Assembly (NCBI RefSeq): GCF_006345805.1
Contig: NW_021835002.1
Location: 1 to 43,644, forward strand
DNA: 43,644 bases
Reading direction: 5' to 3'
Origin: Octopus sinensis
Taxonomy: Eukaryota
A program made the translations under genes and the position numbers. The notes under the pieces are model-generated. The model made no database searches and was not told the origin of the DNA. It saw only the letters and a list, made by a program, of their open reading frames with translations. Below, one piece after another: positions 11,256 through 23,079 of this stretch (its first letter is position 1; each line of letters starts with the position of its first letter).

Positions 11256-12071
11256 ATCTTTTTGTGTAGTGAGAAAGTGACAGGCAGAAATGAGAACATG
11301 AGTCTGTGTAAAGAATTTACTTTATCGCCGAGCAACTTGTTGAGCCGAAGAAAATTCTTAGCTAGAAATAACGCACGAATATGCCTGAATGACACTCACT
11401 GATTGGTCCCTGTTGTGTCAAGACCGGTCCTTAACGATGTACGTAATCGAAAACACCAACGAATGGATTGGTGGCGTGAAGTCGAATTGCATACATAAAG
11501 GAAAACATGCCCATAATGAAGTGCTACGTCCAAGTCAAAGTGTACGCACAACCGAAAACACACACTCACACACACAAAAGGGATGAGCTGTCTGCTACCT
11601 CCTATTTAACAACACAATTAGCTGTAAATGCTTCCGATTTGCAGTCTTGAAATAGTTATCTGGCTTGCATGTTGTCAGGGATTTTCCAAGATGCTCGAGT
11701 ATGTCATGCAACTAAGCTCTATGAAAGAACGTACAGCTCTGTGTTACTGACCGTGGCAAAGGTTAATTGGGTGAGTGAACATATCCAATTGCGGTTTCTG
11801 TTTCTCATTCTATTTCTTCTGTGGCTGATTAATTCATAGAACTTGCGTTAAGCCTTAATTCTGGAAGATACAATCGCTGTTCATAGAATGTAAGCTCCCC
11901 AATAAATTTTACATAGATTAGACGGTACACCGTTTAAGAAATCGGTCCGGAAAACATTTCCAAGATATCCACAACAATACCGAGGAAATTTTAACTTTAA
12001 TTCGTGTGGCCACTCTGACAGGGTTCTCCAGAACTAGAGCTCAAATGAAACCAGTAAATTATAAAAAAAAT

Positions 12072-12430
12072 AGGAGTGGCTGTGTGGTAAGTAGCTTGCT
12101 TACCAACCACATGGTTCCGGGTTCAGTCCCACTGTTATAGCCTCGGGCCGACCAAAGCCTTGTGAGTGGATTTGATAGACGGAAACTGAAAGAAGCCCGT
12201 CGTGTGTGTGTATGCTTGTGTGTCTGTGTTTGTCCCCCCCCCCCCAACATCGCTTGACAACTGATGCTGGTGTGTTTACGTCCCCGTAACTTAGCGGTTC
12301 GGCAAAATAGACCGATAGAATAAGTACTAGGCTTACAAAGAATAAGTCCTGGGGTTGATTTGCTCGACTAAATGCGGTGCTCCAACATGGCCGCAGTCAA
12401 ATGACTGAAACAAGTAAAAGAGTAAAAGAG
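12072..12430 (+). mobile_element. SINE-B, near full-length with a deletion at the CORE-like start
   Basis: A box TGGCTGTGTGG, B box GGTTCAGTCCC, internal (GT)n, tail ending (AGTAAAAG)n. It lacks CGTGGCACCTTGGGCAAGTGTCTTCT, which is present in the 32538-33059 copy. Confidence 0.92.
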
Positions 12431-12699
12431 TCATATTTAATCTGGGAACCTCAGCTTTACAAGGTGTGTATATTCATTTCAACTTCTTTTGATTCTGTCT
12501 TTCCAATTTCTTTCCATTCCCACAACTCCTTGTCTTCTCTTTTAATCCATCTAACCAGATTATCCTATTCTTTCTTGTATACTCGTAGAAGAGTAACCAT
12601 AAACTTGTTTGTATCGATCCTTACAGTAGCCTGCACATACCTTTATTCGTGTATATGTGTGCACTATTGTATATACCAATGTTTATAAAGGAAGCTTTC

Positions 12700-12935
12700 G
12701 GTGGCGAGCTGGCAGAACTGTTAGCACGCCGGGCGAAACGCTTAGCGGTATTTCGTCTGCGTTACGTTGTGAGTTCAAATTCCGCCGAGGTCGACTTTGC
12801 CTTTCATCCTTTCGGGGTCGATAAATTAAGTACCAGTTACGCACTGGGGTCGATGTAATCGACTTAATACCTATGTCTGTCCTTGTTTGTCCCCTCTGTG
12901 TTTAGCCCCTTGTGGGTAATAAAGAAATAGGTATA
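12700..12935 (+). mobile_element. SINE-A head, core and long tail
   Basis: GGTGGCGAGCTGGCAGAA...GTAATAAAGAAATAGGTAT. Confidence 0.92.
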
Positions 12936-13104
12936 CGTGTCTTACAACGTTATTACGCTGTCCTAATTTCTAGGTAAAACTATGCGTCATCTTTTCGAAC
13001 ACCTTCAAATCACATACCTCCACTTCTTCCGTAAACGCAAAGTCACTTTCTGGTATACCTTCTTCATTCCATTCGGGTCCCCAACGTCACTCCATTTATC
13101 ACCA

Positions 13105-13352
13105 TCATCATCATTATTATTATTATTACTACTACTAAGGTCGACTTTGCTTTTCGTTCTTCCGTGGTCGATAGAATAAGAACATGTTGAACACTGAAGT
13201 CGTTGTAATCGACTTACCGCTGCTCTCGAAATCGCTAACATTTTCCAAACTTTGAAACTACTACAACTACTACTACTACTACTACTACTACTACAACTAC
13301 TACTACTGCTGCTGCTACTGCTGCTTCTGCTGCTGCTACTACTACTACTACT
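13105..13352 (+). mobile_element. 5'-truncated old SINE-A (13135-13260) embedded in (ATT)/(ACT)/(GCT) tracts
   Basis: AAGGTCGACTTTGCTTTTCG...GTAATCGACTT, flanked by trinucleotide runs. Confidence 0.75.
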
Positions 13353-14330
13353 AAGGCGGCGAGCTGGCAGAAACGTAAGCACGCCGGGCGAAATGCTTAG
13401 CAGTATTTCGTCTGCCGCTACGTTCTGAGTTCAAATTCCGCCGAGGTCGACTTTGCCTTTCATCCTTTCGGGGTCGATAAATGAAGTACCAGTTATGCAC
13501 TGGGGTCGATGTAATCGACTTAATCCTTTTGTCTATCCTTGTTTGTCCTCTCTGTGTTTAGCTTGTGGGTAGTAAAGAAATAGGTATTTCGTCTGTCTTT
13601 ACGTTCTGAGTTCAAATTCCGCTAAGGTCGACTTTGCCTTTCACCCTTTCGGGGTCAATAAATTAAGTACCAGTTATGCAATGGCGTCGATGTAATCGAC
13701 TTAATCCGTTTGTCTATCCTTGTTTGTCCTCTCTGTGTTTAGCTTGTGGGTAGTAAAGAAATAGGTATTTCGTCTGTCTTTACGTTCTGAGTTCAAATTC
13801 CGCCGAGGGCGACTTTGCCTTTCATCCTTTCGGGTTGATAAATTAAGTACCAGTTATGCACTGGCGTCGATGTAATCGACTTAATCCGTTTGTCTATCTT
13901 TGTTTGTCCTTTCTGTGTTTAGCTTGTGGGTAGTAAAGAAATAGGTATTTCGTCTGTCTTTACGTTCTGAGTTCAAATTCCGGCGAGTTCGACTTTGCCT
14001 TTCATCCTTTCGGGGGTCGATAAATTAAGTACCAGTTATGCACTGGCGTCGATGTAATCGACTCAATCCCTTTGTCTCTCCTTGTTTGTCCCGTTTATGT
14101 TTAGCCCCTTGTGGGCAAAAAAGAAATAAGAATCGTTACCGCGCCGGGCGAAATGCTTAGCGGTATTTCGTCCGACTTTACGTTCTGAGTTCAAATACCG
14201 CCGCGGTTGATTTTGCCTTTCATCCTTTCAGAATCGATAAAATAAGTACCAGCTGAGCACTGTAGTTGATGTAATCGATTTATCCTTTCCCCCCAAAAAA
14301 ATTGCTGGCCTTGTGCCAAAATTTGAAGCA
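13353..14330 (+). mobile_element. SINE-A with four tandem ~181-bp body units and a terminal monomer
   Basis: Unit starts (GTATTTCG) at 13403, 13584, 13765 and 13945; the final monomer starts at 14131; an (ATT)n(GCT)n(ACT)n tail follows at 14335-14435. Confidence 0.93.
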
Positions 14331-14882
14331 ATTATTTTTATTATTATTATTATTATTATTATTGCCTCTGCTGCTGCTGCTGCTGCTGCTACTACTACTA
14401 CTACTACTACTACCACTACTACTACTACTACTACTGTGGCAAACAGGCAGAATCGATACCTGTTCGGACAGAATATTAAAAGGTATTTCTTCTAACTCAT
14501 TATGTTGTGAGTTACTACCAAGGTCTACCCCGTTTTTCTCGTTACAAGTATTTAACATTTCTAGTCATAGGTAATCATGTATAGCACCATTTCATTCTTA
14601 TTAGAAATCGTGAGCATAGCAATAACCCATGGCGAATAAATGAAACTAAATTGGATATTTTACAAAGCCAGACATTTTTTATAGATGGAATATAATTACA
14701 ATTTAGAAAACTTCACGGAATGTGTCCATTTCTTTTCATTTTCTTTCTTTTTATTCACAGATCGTTAATAGTTCATCAATTGGGAGAGAAGAGAGAAAGT
14801 CTCCTCACATAGGTTAACTGTTTCCAAAGTGTTCGACTTTGTGTAAACGTTTTCATTGTAGTTGACATTTGGTTTTGACTAC

Positions 14883-15085
14883 GGGAGTGAGCAGGCAGAA
14901 TCGTTAGCACGCCGGGCAAAATTCTTAGCGGTATTTCGTCTGTCTTTACGTTCTGAGTTCAAAATCCGCCGAGGTCGTCTTTGCTTTTCATCCTTTCGGG
15001 GTCGGTAAATTAAGTACCAGTTAAGTACTGGTGTCGATGCAATCGACTAACTCCACCCCCAAGATTACTGGCCTTGTGACAAAAT
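14883..15085 (+). mobile_element. SINE-A monomer
   Basis: Head, core and short tail (CCCCCAAGATTACTGGCCTTGTGACAAAATTTGA). Confidence 0.88.
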
Positions 15086-15149
15086 TTGACTTCAAAATTC
15101 ACAAACCGTTGTCGGTGTCTTGTTTTCAGGAGTATTTACGTGTTATTAT

Positions 15150-15325
15150 TCCAGCCCCAGGTCAGCCCTATTTGAGCAGACCTACGATCAAAAGAATTCC
15201 CGGCGTGTCCATCTCGTTTTTCAGTATATCAAGACCTACATTCCAATTTATTTAAATTGGTAGGGTGTGATCGAAGGGAGATTTGACTACTACTTCTAAT
15301 ACGTCGAGCAACCACATAAAGATTT
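15150..15325 (+). repeat. Unclassified family E repeat
   Basis: TTGAGCAGACCTACGATCAAAAG...GGTAGGGTGTGATCGAAGGGAGATTTG; similar to 6350-6540. Confidence 0.55.
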
Positions 15326-15435
15326 CTTTGATTGGTTGTAGTTACACGAATGGCTGCGATGGTGTTGGTGCTGGAATGGCTAGCGTATTTATATCTACTT
15401 ATATCATGAAACCAGTTTAGCTTTTAATATTAGCC

Positions 15436-15636
15436 TTACGCTTCAATAGTACTCTTCTTAATTTTCTTGATTTCTCTGCGTTGTATTTTATTAGTTTCAT
15501 CTACTTCTAAGTATTTGTATGAGTAGTTATAGTCTACTTCTCTGGTTTCAGTGTCTGGATTTAATTTAATGTTCACAGTTTTAGTTATTTTGACGCTTCT
15601 AGTAACTTTAACACAATTGTCTCGTCCCATTCTCAT
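15436..15636 (-). pseudogene. Old R4/Dong-like LINE RT fragment
   Basis: DNCVKVT..KITKT...REVDYNYSYKYLEVDETNKIQRREIKKIKK aligns with EKCAKVTLKRGKLVKT..KELDQSQTYKYLGIHELDKTQHTQMKEKIKK in the 27863-29014 ORF. Confidence 0.75.
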
Positions 15637-15805
15637 TTTTATAACTCGACTGAATTAATTTAGGATGATCATTATTATCATCATCATTATCAGCTGTAGT
15701 AGTAGCACCATCAACAACATCATTATCATCATCATTATTGTTATCATCATCATCATCATCATCATCATCATTATTATTATTATTATTATTATTATCATTA
15801 TTATT

Positions 15806-15991
15806 CAGTAGTTTTATTTTTATAGCGTGCTTTCACTTCACTACCGAGCGCAGCTCTGTGTGCCTTGGGTATGTGCTGTGATTTGTTGTGATGCTCTGAT
15901 GGTTATTGTATGGAAAGTGTTCTGCGTAGGATGTGTGCAGTGCCTAGTAGTGCAATTTTCTGTATGTTATATGTGTTTGTAAGTCCTGGTG

Positions 15992-15996
<5 letters not shown>
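15806..15996 (-). mobile_element. Young R4/Dong-like LINE, 3'-terminal 191 bp
   Basis: Nearly identical to the reverse complement of 29663-29853, flanked by (ATC/ATT)n and (ATT)n. Confidence 0.95.
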
Positions 15997-16042
<46 letters not shown>

Positions 16043-16099
16043 TATTGTTATTATTATTATTATTATTCGTTACTATTGACGTTGTTGTTCTTGCTGTTA

Positions 16100-16345
16100 A
16101 GGCAACGAGGTAGTAAAAGCGTTAGCCAGCCGGATAAAATGCTTGGCAGCGTTTCTTTCGACTCTTTACGTACTGAGTTCAAATTTCACTGAGGTCGGAC
16201 TTTGCCTTTCATCTTCTCCGGTTTCGAGAAAAATAAAAGCCAGTCAGATACGAAGGTCGATGAAACATGTACCAGTCAAGTATATTGGGGTCGATGTAAT
16301 CGACTTCTCCACCACTCAAAATTGTTGGCACTGCGCCAGAATAAG
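16100..16345 (+). mobile_element. SINE-A monomer, diverged
   Basis: Head AAGGCAACGAGG..CGTTAGC, GAGTTCAAATTTC, GGGGTCGATGTAATCGACTT, short tail. Confidence 0.8.
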
Positions 16346-16350
16346 AAAGA

Positions 16351-16352
16351 AT

Positions 16353-16422
<70 letters not shown>

Positions 16423-16532
16423 ACTACTGCTGCTGCTGCTACTACTACTACTAACAATAACAACAACAGCAACAACAATAACTATAATAATAATAATAAT
16501 AATAATGATGATGATAATAATAATAATAATAA

Positions 16533-16563
<31 letters not shown>

Positions 16564-16605
16564 AAGAAGAAGAAGAAGAAGAAGAAGAAGAAGAAAAGAA
16601 AAGAA
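16351..16605. repeat. Compound trinucleotide array (ACT)(GCT)(ACA)(AAT)(AAG)
   Basis: Directly visible. Confidence 0.95.
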
Positions 16606-16881
16606 AATTGCAAAGACAAAAAACACATGGAAAATTAGCTAGCAGATGGGAACAGAAACTTCTGCGTGGCAAGTAGCTCCCACACGATTGTAAATTGTCC
16701 TTGTACTGTCTTCCTTATTTGATGCCCTTGTAGCAAATAAGAGTAACTTTTTTTTTTATTATTATCGTAGTTGATGCAGCTGCTGTTGTTCCTGTTATTC
16801 TTTTATTTACTGGTTTGCTGCCTATAATTTTGTTGTCAATAGTAAATAGGTTCAAGTATCAATCTTGGTTTACAGATATTC

Positions 16882-17245
16882 AACTTAAAATCTAGGAAAT
16901 GGAGAAGTAGTGTTAATATAATTTATTAGCTGCAAAACATCAACATGTTCACTTACAGCTGTTTCGATTTTGCCCAAAAAGAATTAAATTCCAGTAATTA
17001 AAACATTCTATTGGCCAAAATCTCGTCAGAGGAGTGAAACAGATATATCGTTAGGATATTACATGCTATTCTTCCAAAATATCTCAACAGATGTATTTTT
17101 TACTCCTCTAACGAGATTTTGTCCGCAAAAATGTTTTAATTTAATTCTTTTGGGCAAAATCGAAACAGGTGTAAGTGAACATGTTGAATTTTTGCAGTTT
17201 ATATAATTTATATTAACACTACTCCTCCATTTTCTGGATTTTAAG

Positions 17246-17247
<2 letters not shown>
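16882..17247. mobile_element. Foldback MITE with ~155-bp inverted arms
   Basis: 16882-17038 is the reverse complement of ~17097-17247 with few mismatches and one ~10-bp indel; ~58-bp spacer; TA-rich flanks. Confidence 0.85.
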
Positions 17248-17288
<41 letters not shown>

Positions 17289-17649
17289 AGGTCATATCGT
17301 TCCAGATATATTTTCTAGAAGTTATCGAAGGAAGAGAGGTTATAGGCTACCGGACATTAGGGTCTTACGTGACGTATGTAAAGCTAAGTGGTTTATGGAA
17401 GCGAAACCCGGGATAACCCTATGAAGCGGTCATAACAAATTCGTTTAAATGTGTGCGCGCGCGATTGTGTGCATGTGCGTGTGTGTAGGATCACAACTGT
17501 TCGACGAACGGGGACATAAAACTCTGAGTAGCCGTTTTTATGATATTTTTGTGATGTTTTCGCAGCTTTAATAATAAAACATACTACTCTACCTCCGATA
17601 TTCGAGCACTATTTTTCCCATCTTGTTTCACATATATGAGTTTACTTTG

Positions 17650-17650
17650 G

Positions 17651-17682
<32 letters not shown>

Positions 17683-17712
17683 TGTATGTATGTAGTATGT
17701 ATGTATGTATGC

Positions 17713-17781
<69 letters not shown>

Positions 17782-17854
17782 GTGTGTGTGTGTGTGTGTG
17801 TTATGTATATATATAATAGTATATTATATTAGATAGATAGATAGATAGATAGAC

Positions 17855-17931
<77 letters not shown>

Positions 17932-17935
17932 TTCA
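17650..17935. repeat. Compound (ATGT)(AT)(GT)(AGAT) microsatellite
   Basis: Directly visible. Confidence 0.95.
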
Positions 17936-18289
17936 TTCATATATGTAATATAATATCAATACATGAATGTATATGTACAAATATTTACATTTAGATATAG
18001 ATTGATAAATAGATCTGTGTGTATGTGCGTTTGTATGTTTGTGTGCAGAGAGAGAGGGGAGGGGGGAGAGAGAGAAAGAGTGGGATGGAGGGAGGCAGGG
18101 AGGGAGGGAGAGCTGGTAATGATAAAGAAGGTAGTCGTAGTATATAAATCGTATTTTTTCTAACCTTTGACAATGGGGAATTAGGATAGCGCCACAAAGT
18201 CCTAGATATTGAGCACACAGAAAAATCACACTTCTTTTTTAATAGTGACTGACTGAACTTTTTGTTTAAGGCTGAAGAAAACAAAACAC

Positions 18290-18494
18290 TATTAGACTAC
18301 AACGACAATCAACAACGACAACAACAACAATAGTAATAATAACATTAATAATAATGATATTAATAATGATAATAATAATGTGGTGATAATTTTAGCATGC
18401 ATAGCAAAACAAAAGTGCCCTTGCTACTCTAAGCCTCTGGAGAATGCCCAGTAGTAAGGCAGCTGAAATAAAGTTATAATGAAAGGAAACCATA

Positions 18495-18562
<68 letters not shown>

Positions 18563-18613
18563 TGATGATGATAATAATAATAATAATAACAATAATAATA
18601 ATAAACAATATAA

Positions 18614-18678
<65 letters not shown>

Positions 18679-18710
18679 TGATGATAATGATAATAATAAT
18701 AATGATGATG

Positions 18711-18762
<52 letters not shown>

Positions 18763-18775
18763 TAATAATAATTTC
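18290..18775. repeat. (AAT/GAT)n arrays enclosing a 110-bp unique segment (18385-18495)
   Basis: Directly visible. Confidence 0.9.
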
Positions 18776-18879
18776 ATTTATATGCCACTAGAGCGAAGGA
18801 TGGCCGCGGTGGGTGGGTGGTGGGACAACACAAAGACAAATAATAGTAAGTACTAATGAAAATTATCTTTATTATTATC

Positions 18880-18945
18880 ATTTTATTAATGTCATTGTTC
18901 TCCTTGCTGTTTTTTTGTTGCTGCTGTTGTTGTTGCTTGTGTTGG

Positions 18946-18987
<42 letters not shown>

Positions 18988-19235
18988 CACTACTACGATG
19001 ACGACGACGACGACTACAACTAGTGTTGCTGCTGTTACTGCTGCTAATAACAACGACGTTGACTTGATGATGATAATGATGATGATGATGATGTGGAGGA
19101 GGAGGAGGAGGATGAGGAGTGGGGATGGTGATTATGACGATGATTATGATGATGGTGGTGCTGGTGGTGCTTGTGATGGGGGTAATGGCGATCATGATCT
19201 TCGTGTTACTGATGATGATGGTGGTGGTGGTGGTT

Positions 19236-19275
<40 letters not shown>

Positions 19276-19436
19276 CGACGAAGATGATGGTGGTGGTGGT
19301 GGTGGTGATGATGATAACGAAAATGATGGTCATGATGATGATGATTGTTGTGATGTAGGTGTTGGTGTTATTATTGGTGGTTGTGGAAGCGGCGGCGGTG
19401 GCGACGACTGTGGTGGCGATCATTATAATGAAGCTC

Positions 19437-19496
<60 letters not shown>

Positions 19497-19515
19497 GATG
19501 ATGATGATGATGATT
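18880..19515. repeat. Mixed (TTG)(ACT)(GAT)(GGT) trinucleotide low-complexity region
   Basis: Directly visible; source of the poly-D/T/H ORFs. Confidence 0.92.
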
Positions 19516-19599
19516 TCTTTTAATAGCTACAAGAGCCCGGGACATTTAATATCAATAATAATGAAATAGAAAAGAATCTGAAATCAATTGAATGTAAAA

Positions 19600-19890
19600 A
19601 TCAAACACGACTACACACACACACACACAAATATACACACACAAATATATAAACACGTAGACGCACACACATACAGACATACGCACACAAACATACATAC
19701 ATACCCACTTACGCACACATATAAACATACAGACACACACACTTACAGATACACGCACACATACATACATACTCACACACATGCACACATAAACACACAT
19801 ACAGGCACACGCACGTACACACGCATGCACACACTCACGTACACACACACGCACACATACAGTCACACACGCACATACGCACACACATTT
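19600..19890. repeat. Degenerate (CA)n array
   Basis: Directly visible. Confidence 0.9.
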
Positions 19891-20452
19891 ATACACATAA
19901 AATTTACAAATAAAATCTCTGAAATATTTTTTTTTTTTTTGTAAAATTGAAGAAAGAAATAAGCAACCAAACAAACAAGAAATAAATAAACAATATATAT
20001 ATATATATATATTAAAATTTCTAAACAAAAGTGATCTGATATCAAAATGTGAGAGACAGAGAGAGGGGGAGAGGAGTGGAAGAGAAGTGTGTGTGTGTGT
20101 GTGTGTGTGTTTTGAGAAAGAGAGAAATTAAGAGAAGGGTAGGGGCGGGCGTATATTGATTTAAAACACGATTCAGAAATGTTTTATTTTTGCAGTCTCA
20201 CCATTATACCGCCACACTTCTTATCCATTACCATTACTATCCACGACCACGACCACCACCAACAACAACAACATCATCACCATCAGCTGCAGCAATGCTA
20301 ATGTACTATACCCACCAGCAACACCGCCACGATTTCCAGGGCTGCCACCGGGCAACGCCATCACCGCCATCAGAAGAAAGAAAGAGTAAAGATTCCCTTC
20401 GGTCATGAATGACCATAGGATTGAACCTAGAATGTTTCCCTCCGAGGTACAA

Positions 20453-20716
20453 TTCTGGGCAAGGTGGTTTATGGAAGATCAGCAGTCACCCAGGCATACC
20501 AACCTCCCTTCTCCATGCCACCGATGTTATCCAAGGGACAGGCAAAGGTCGATACATCTTGGCACCAGTGGCCTCGCAACCCACTTCTACAGCTGAGTGA
20601 ACTGGAACAACGTGAAAAAGCGTCTAGCTTGAGAACACAACACACAACCTGGTCCGGGAATCGAACTCACTACCTCATGATTGTGAGCCTGATGCCCTAA
20701 CCACTGAGCCATCCAC
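20453..20716 (-). mobile_element. SINE-D: tRNA-headed SINE with a CORE-like segment
   Basis: Minus-strand head ATGGCTCAGTGGTTAGGGCATC...GAGTTCGATTCCCGG, then TTCACGTTGTTCCAGTTCACTCAGCTGTAG. Confidence 0.7.
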
Positions 20717-20743
20717 TTTAACACTATTATATATAATCAACAA

Positions 20744-20925
20744 CAAGGCGGCGAGCTGGCAGAAACATTAGCACGCAGGGCGAAATGCTTAGCGCTGTTT
20801 CGTCTGTCTTTACGTTTTGAGTTCAAATTCCGCCGAGGTCGCCTTTGTCTTTCAACATTTCGGGGTCGATAAATTAAGTACCGGTTGCGTACTGGGGTCG
20901 ATCTAATCGATTAGCCCCCTCCCCA
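20744..20925 (+). mobile_element. SINE-A monomer
   Basis: AAGGCGGCGAGCTGGCAGAAAC...GGGGTCGATCTAATCGA. Confidence 0.9.
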
Positions 20926-21834
20926 ACTCAGAACGTAAAGAGCCGAAAGAAATACCGCTAAGAATTTTTAATATCGTAGATACAAACATGGACAAGTGGT
21001 TAGGAAGATTGCCTCGCAATTGCTGCGTTTTACGTTCCATTCTGCTGCATGGATTGTCCTGGCTTGTAGCGTAAGTGGTGATTGTGTTGTTGGTGGTGAT
21101 GGTGGTGTTACCGTTGGTCGAGTTTGTTGTTGGTAGTAGTAGTAGTAGTAGTGACAGTGGTGGCTATATTGATGTTGCTGACGAAACTGCTGGTGGTGAT
21201 GATGGTGTCTGTAATTTTGTTGGGCGGAGTATATAGCTAACACAGAGTAGAACAAAGAGAAGTGTTCTAGCCATGACTGTTCCGCCATTTTATATATCAG
21301 GATCTGAACTGTCCAACATATTATCTTCTTTTTTTTTTTAATTTAAGATAGTCGCATGTGTGATTTCAGAGATATATGGCTACTTTTTCTAGCCATAGAA
21401 TTTCACTCACTAGTGCGCTGTAGTTATCAATAACAGTAGAAGTAAGTGATAGCGGCGATACCAGTGATAATGACTTTTACCATAGTCTGGTGTCGATTCA
21501 AACCTCGAGAATGAAGCTGAGTAGATGGATGGATTACACTCGTATGTCAAAAATGCAAAACCTTCTCTCCTATTGTGTCACGCTGATTATGCCAGAGAAT
21601 AAAGCCACATGTATCAGCAGTAATTTTATTCAGCTGAATGCACGTCATTGATTGGTTGAAATTACCGAAATACGAGAACTTTAACGTGAAATAACTTCGT
21701 AAATATAAGTTTTTCCCCCAAATGCTAAGAGTAAAAGATGTTTTATATGACACATTTTACCCGTGTCAGGGGTTTGAAAGTGTTTAGTTACAAAAAATTA
21801 TTTCTTAAATTTGTAGGTCAAAAGGTAAAGATCC

Positions 21835-22685
21835 CAAGGCAGCGAAATGGCTATGTCGTCAGTATGCCAGACAAAATGCTTGACTGCATTTCGCCAGTCT
21901 TTACGTTATAAGGCCGTGAGCTGGCAGAATCGCAAGCATGCGGGGCAAAATGCTTAGCAGTATTTCGTCCGTCTTTACGTTCGGAGTTCAAATTCCACCG
22001 AGGGCGACTTTGCTTTTCATCCTTTCGGCGTCAATAAATTAAGTACCAGTGAAACACTGAAAACGATGTAATCGGCTGTTTCCCTCCCCAAAAATTCAGG
22101 CATTGTGCCTGAAAGAAATAGGTATTTCGTCTGTCTTTATGCTCTGAGTTCAAATTCCGCCGAGGTCGATTTTGCCTTTCATTCTTTCGGGGTCGATAAA
22201 TTAAGTACCAGTTACGCACTGGGGTCGATGTAATCGACTTAATCCGTTTGTCTGTCTTGTTTGTCCCCTCTGTGTTTAGCCCCTTGTGGGTAGTAAAGAA
22301 ATAGGTATTTCGTCTACCGTTACATTCTGAAATCAAATTCTGTCGAGGTCGACTTTGCCTTTCATCCTTTCGGGGTGGATAAATTAAGTACCAGTTACGC
22401 ACTGGGGTCGATATAATCGACTTAATCCGTTTGTCTGTCCTTGTTTGTCCTCTCTATTTTTAGCCCCTTGTGGGCAATAAAGAAATAAGAATCGTTAGCG
22501 CGTTGAACAAAATGTTTAGCGGTATTTCTTCCCGATCTTTACGTTCTGAGTTTAAATTCTGCAGACGTTGACTTTACAGTTAACTCCTCTCGGTATTAAC
22601 GAAATAATTATAAATTAAACACTAGGATCGATGTGATCAACTAACTCCCTTCCCAAAATGTTCAAGCTTCTTGCCTATATTAGAA
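21835..22685 (+). mobile_element. SINE-A chain (fragment, monomer, two tandem body units, terminal monomer) with an (ATT)n tail
   Basis: Junctions AAAGAAATAG|GTATTTCG at ~22115 and ~22300, and AAAGAAATAAG|AATCGTTAGC at ~22490. Confidence 0.9.
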
Positions 22686-23079
22686 AGGATTATTATTATT
22701 ATTGCTAACACTGTTATTTTTGTTATTGTTGTTTCAATACTCGTTGCATGTGTTAGTGGTGGTTATGTTCATTCGTTTTGTGTTTTTCATATTTTTTCTA
22801 TCATTGTTATGTGCAGTGTACCACATGGTTGCCGTTATTTCGCTGAAAGTATTAACCTCTCCTCACGCAGTAAATATCATATTCTGCTTCATTGGCTAGA
22901 TACGTGCCCGTTGTTGTGTAACCAGAACTGCTTATGAAATAGGATAGCATGGCAGACTAACTCACCATGGTTATTGTTTAGTTTTAAATAAATTCGCCAA
23001 GTCCAGTAGCGGGGCGGGACGGGAAAATGAACAACGATAACAATAAAACAGCAATAGTTGCATCAATAACAGAGAGACG

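Noticed and set aside
9801-12615. 17-bp repeat ATAAACTTGTTTGTATC at 9801-9817 and 12599-12615 as a TSD
   Set aside because: The enclosed 2.8 kb is a mix of unrelated, differently oriented elements with no termini. I cannot distinguish chance from an old event.
13403-14130. Regularly spaced repeats resembling a CRISPR array
   Set aside because: Whole 181-bp units are repeated with no unique spacers, the context is eukaryotic, and the units are SINE bodies.
17340-17520. CpG-richer patch with TGACGTA as a promoter
   Set aside because: Single short motifs are expected by chance, and there is no linked gene.
21600-21835. Segment ending GGTCAAAAGGTAAAGATC that looks like a repeat terminus
   Set aside because: There is no second copy or matching opposite terminus in the window to support it.
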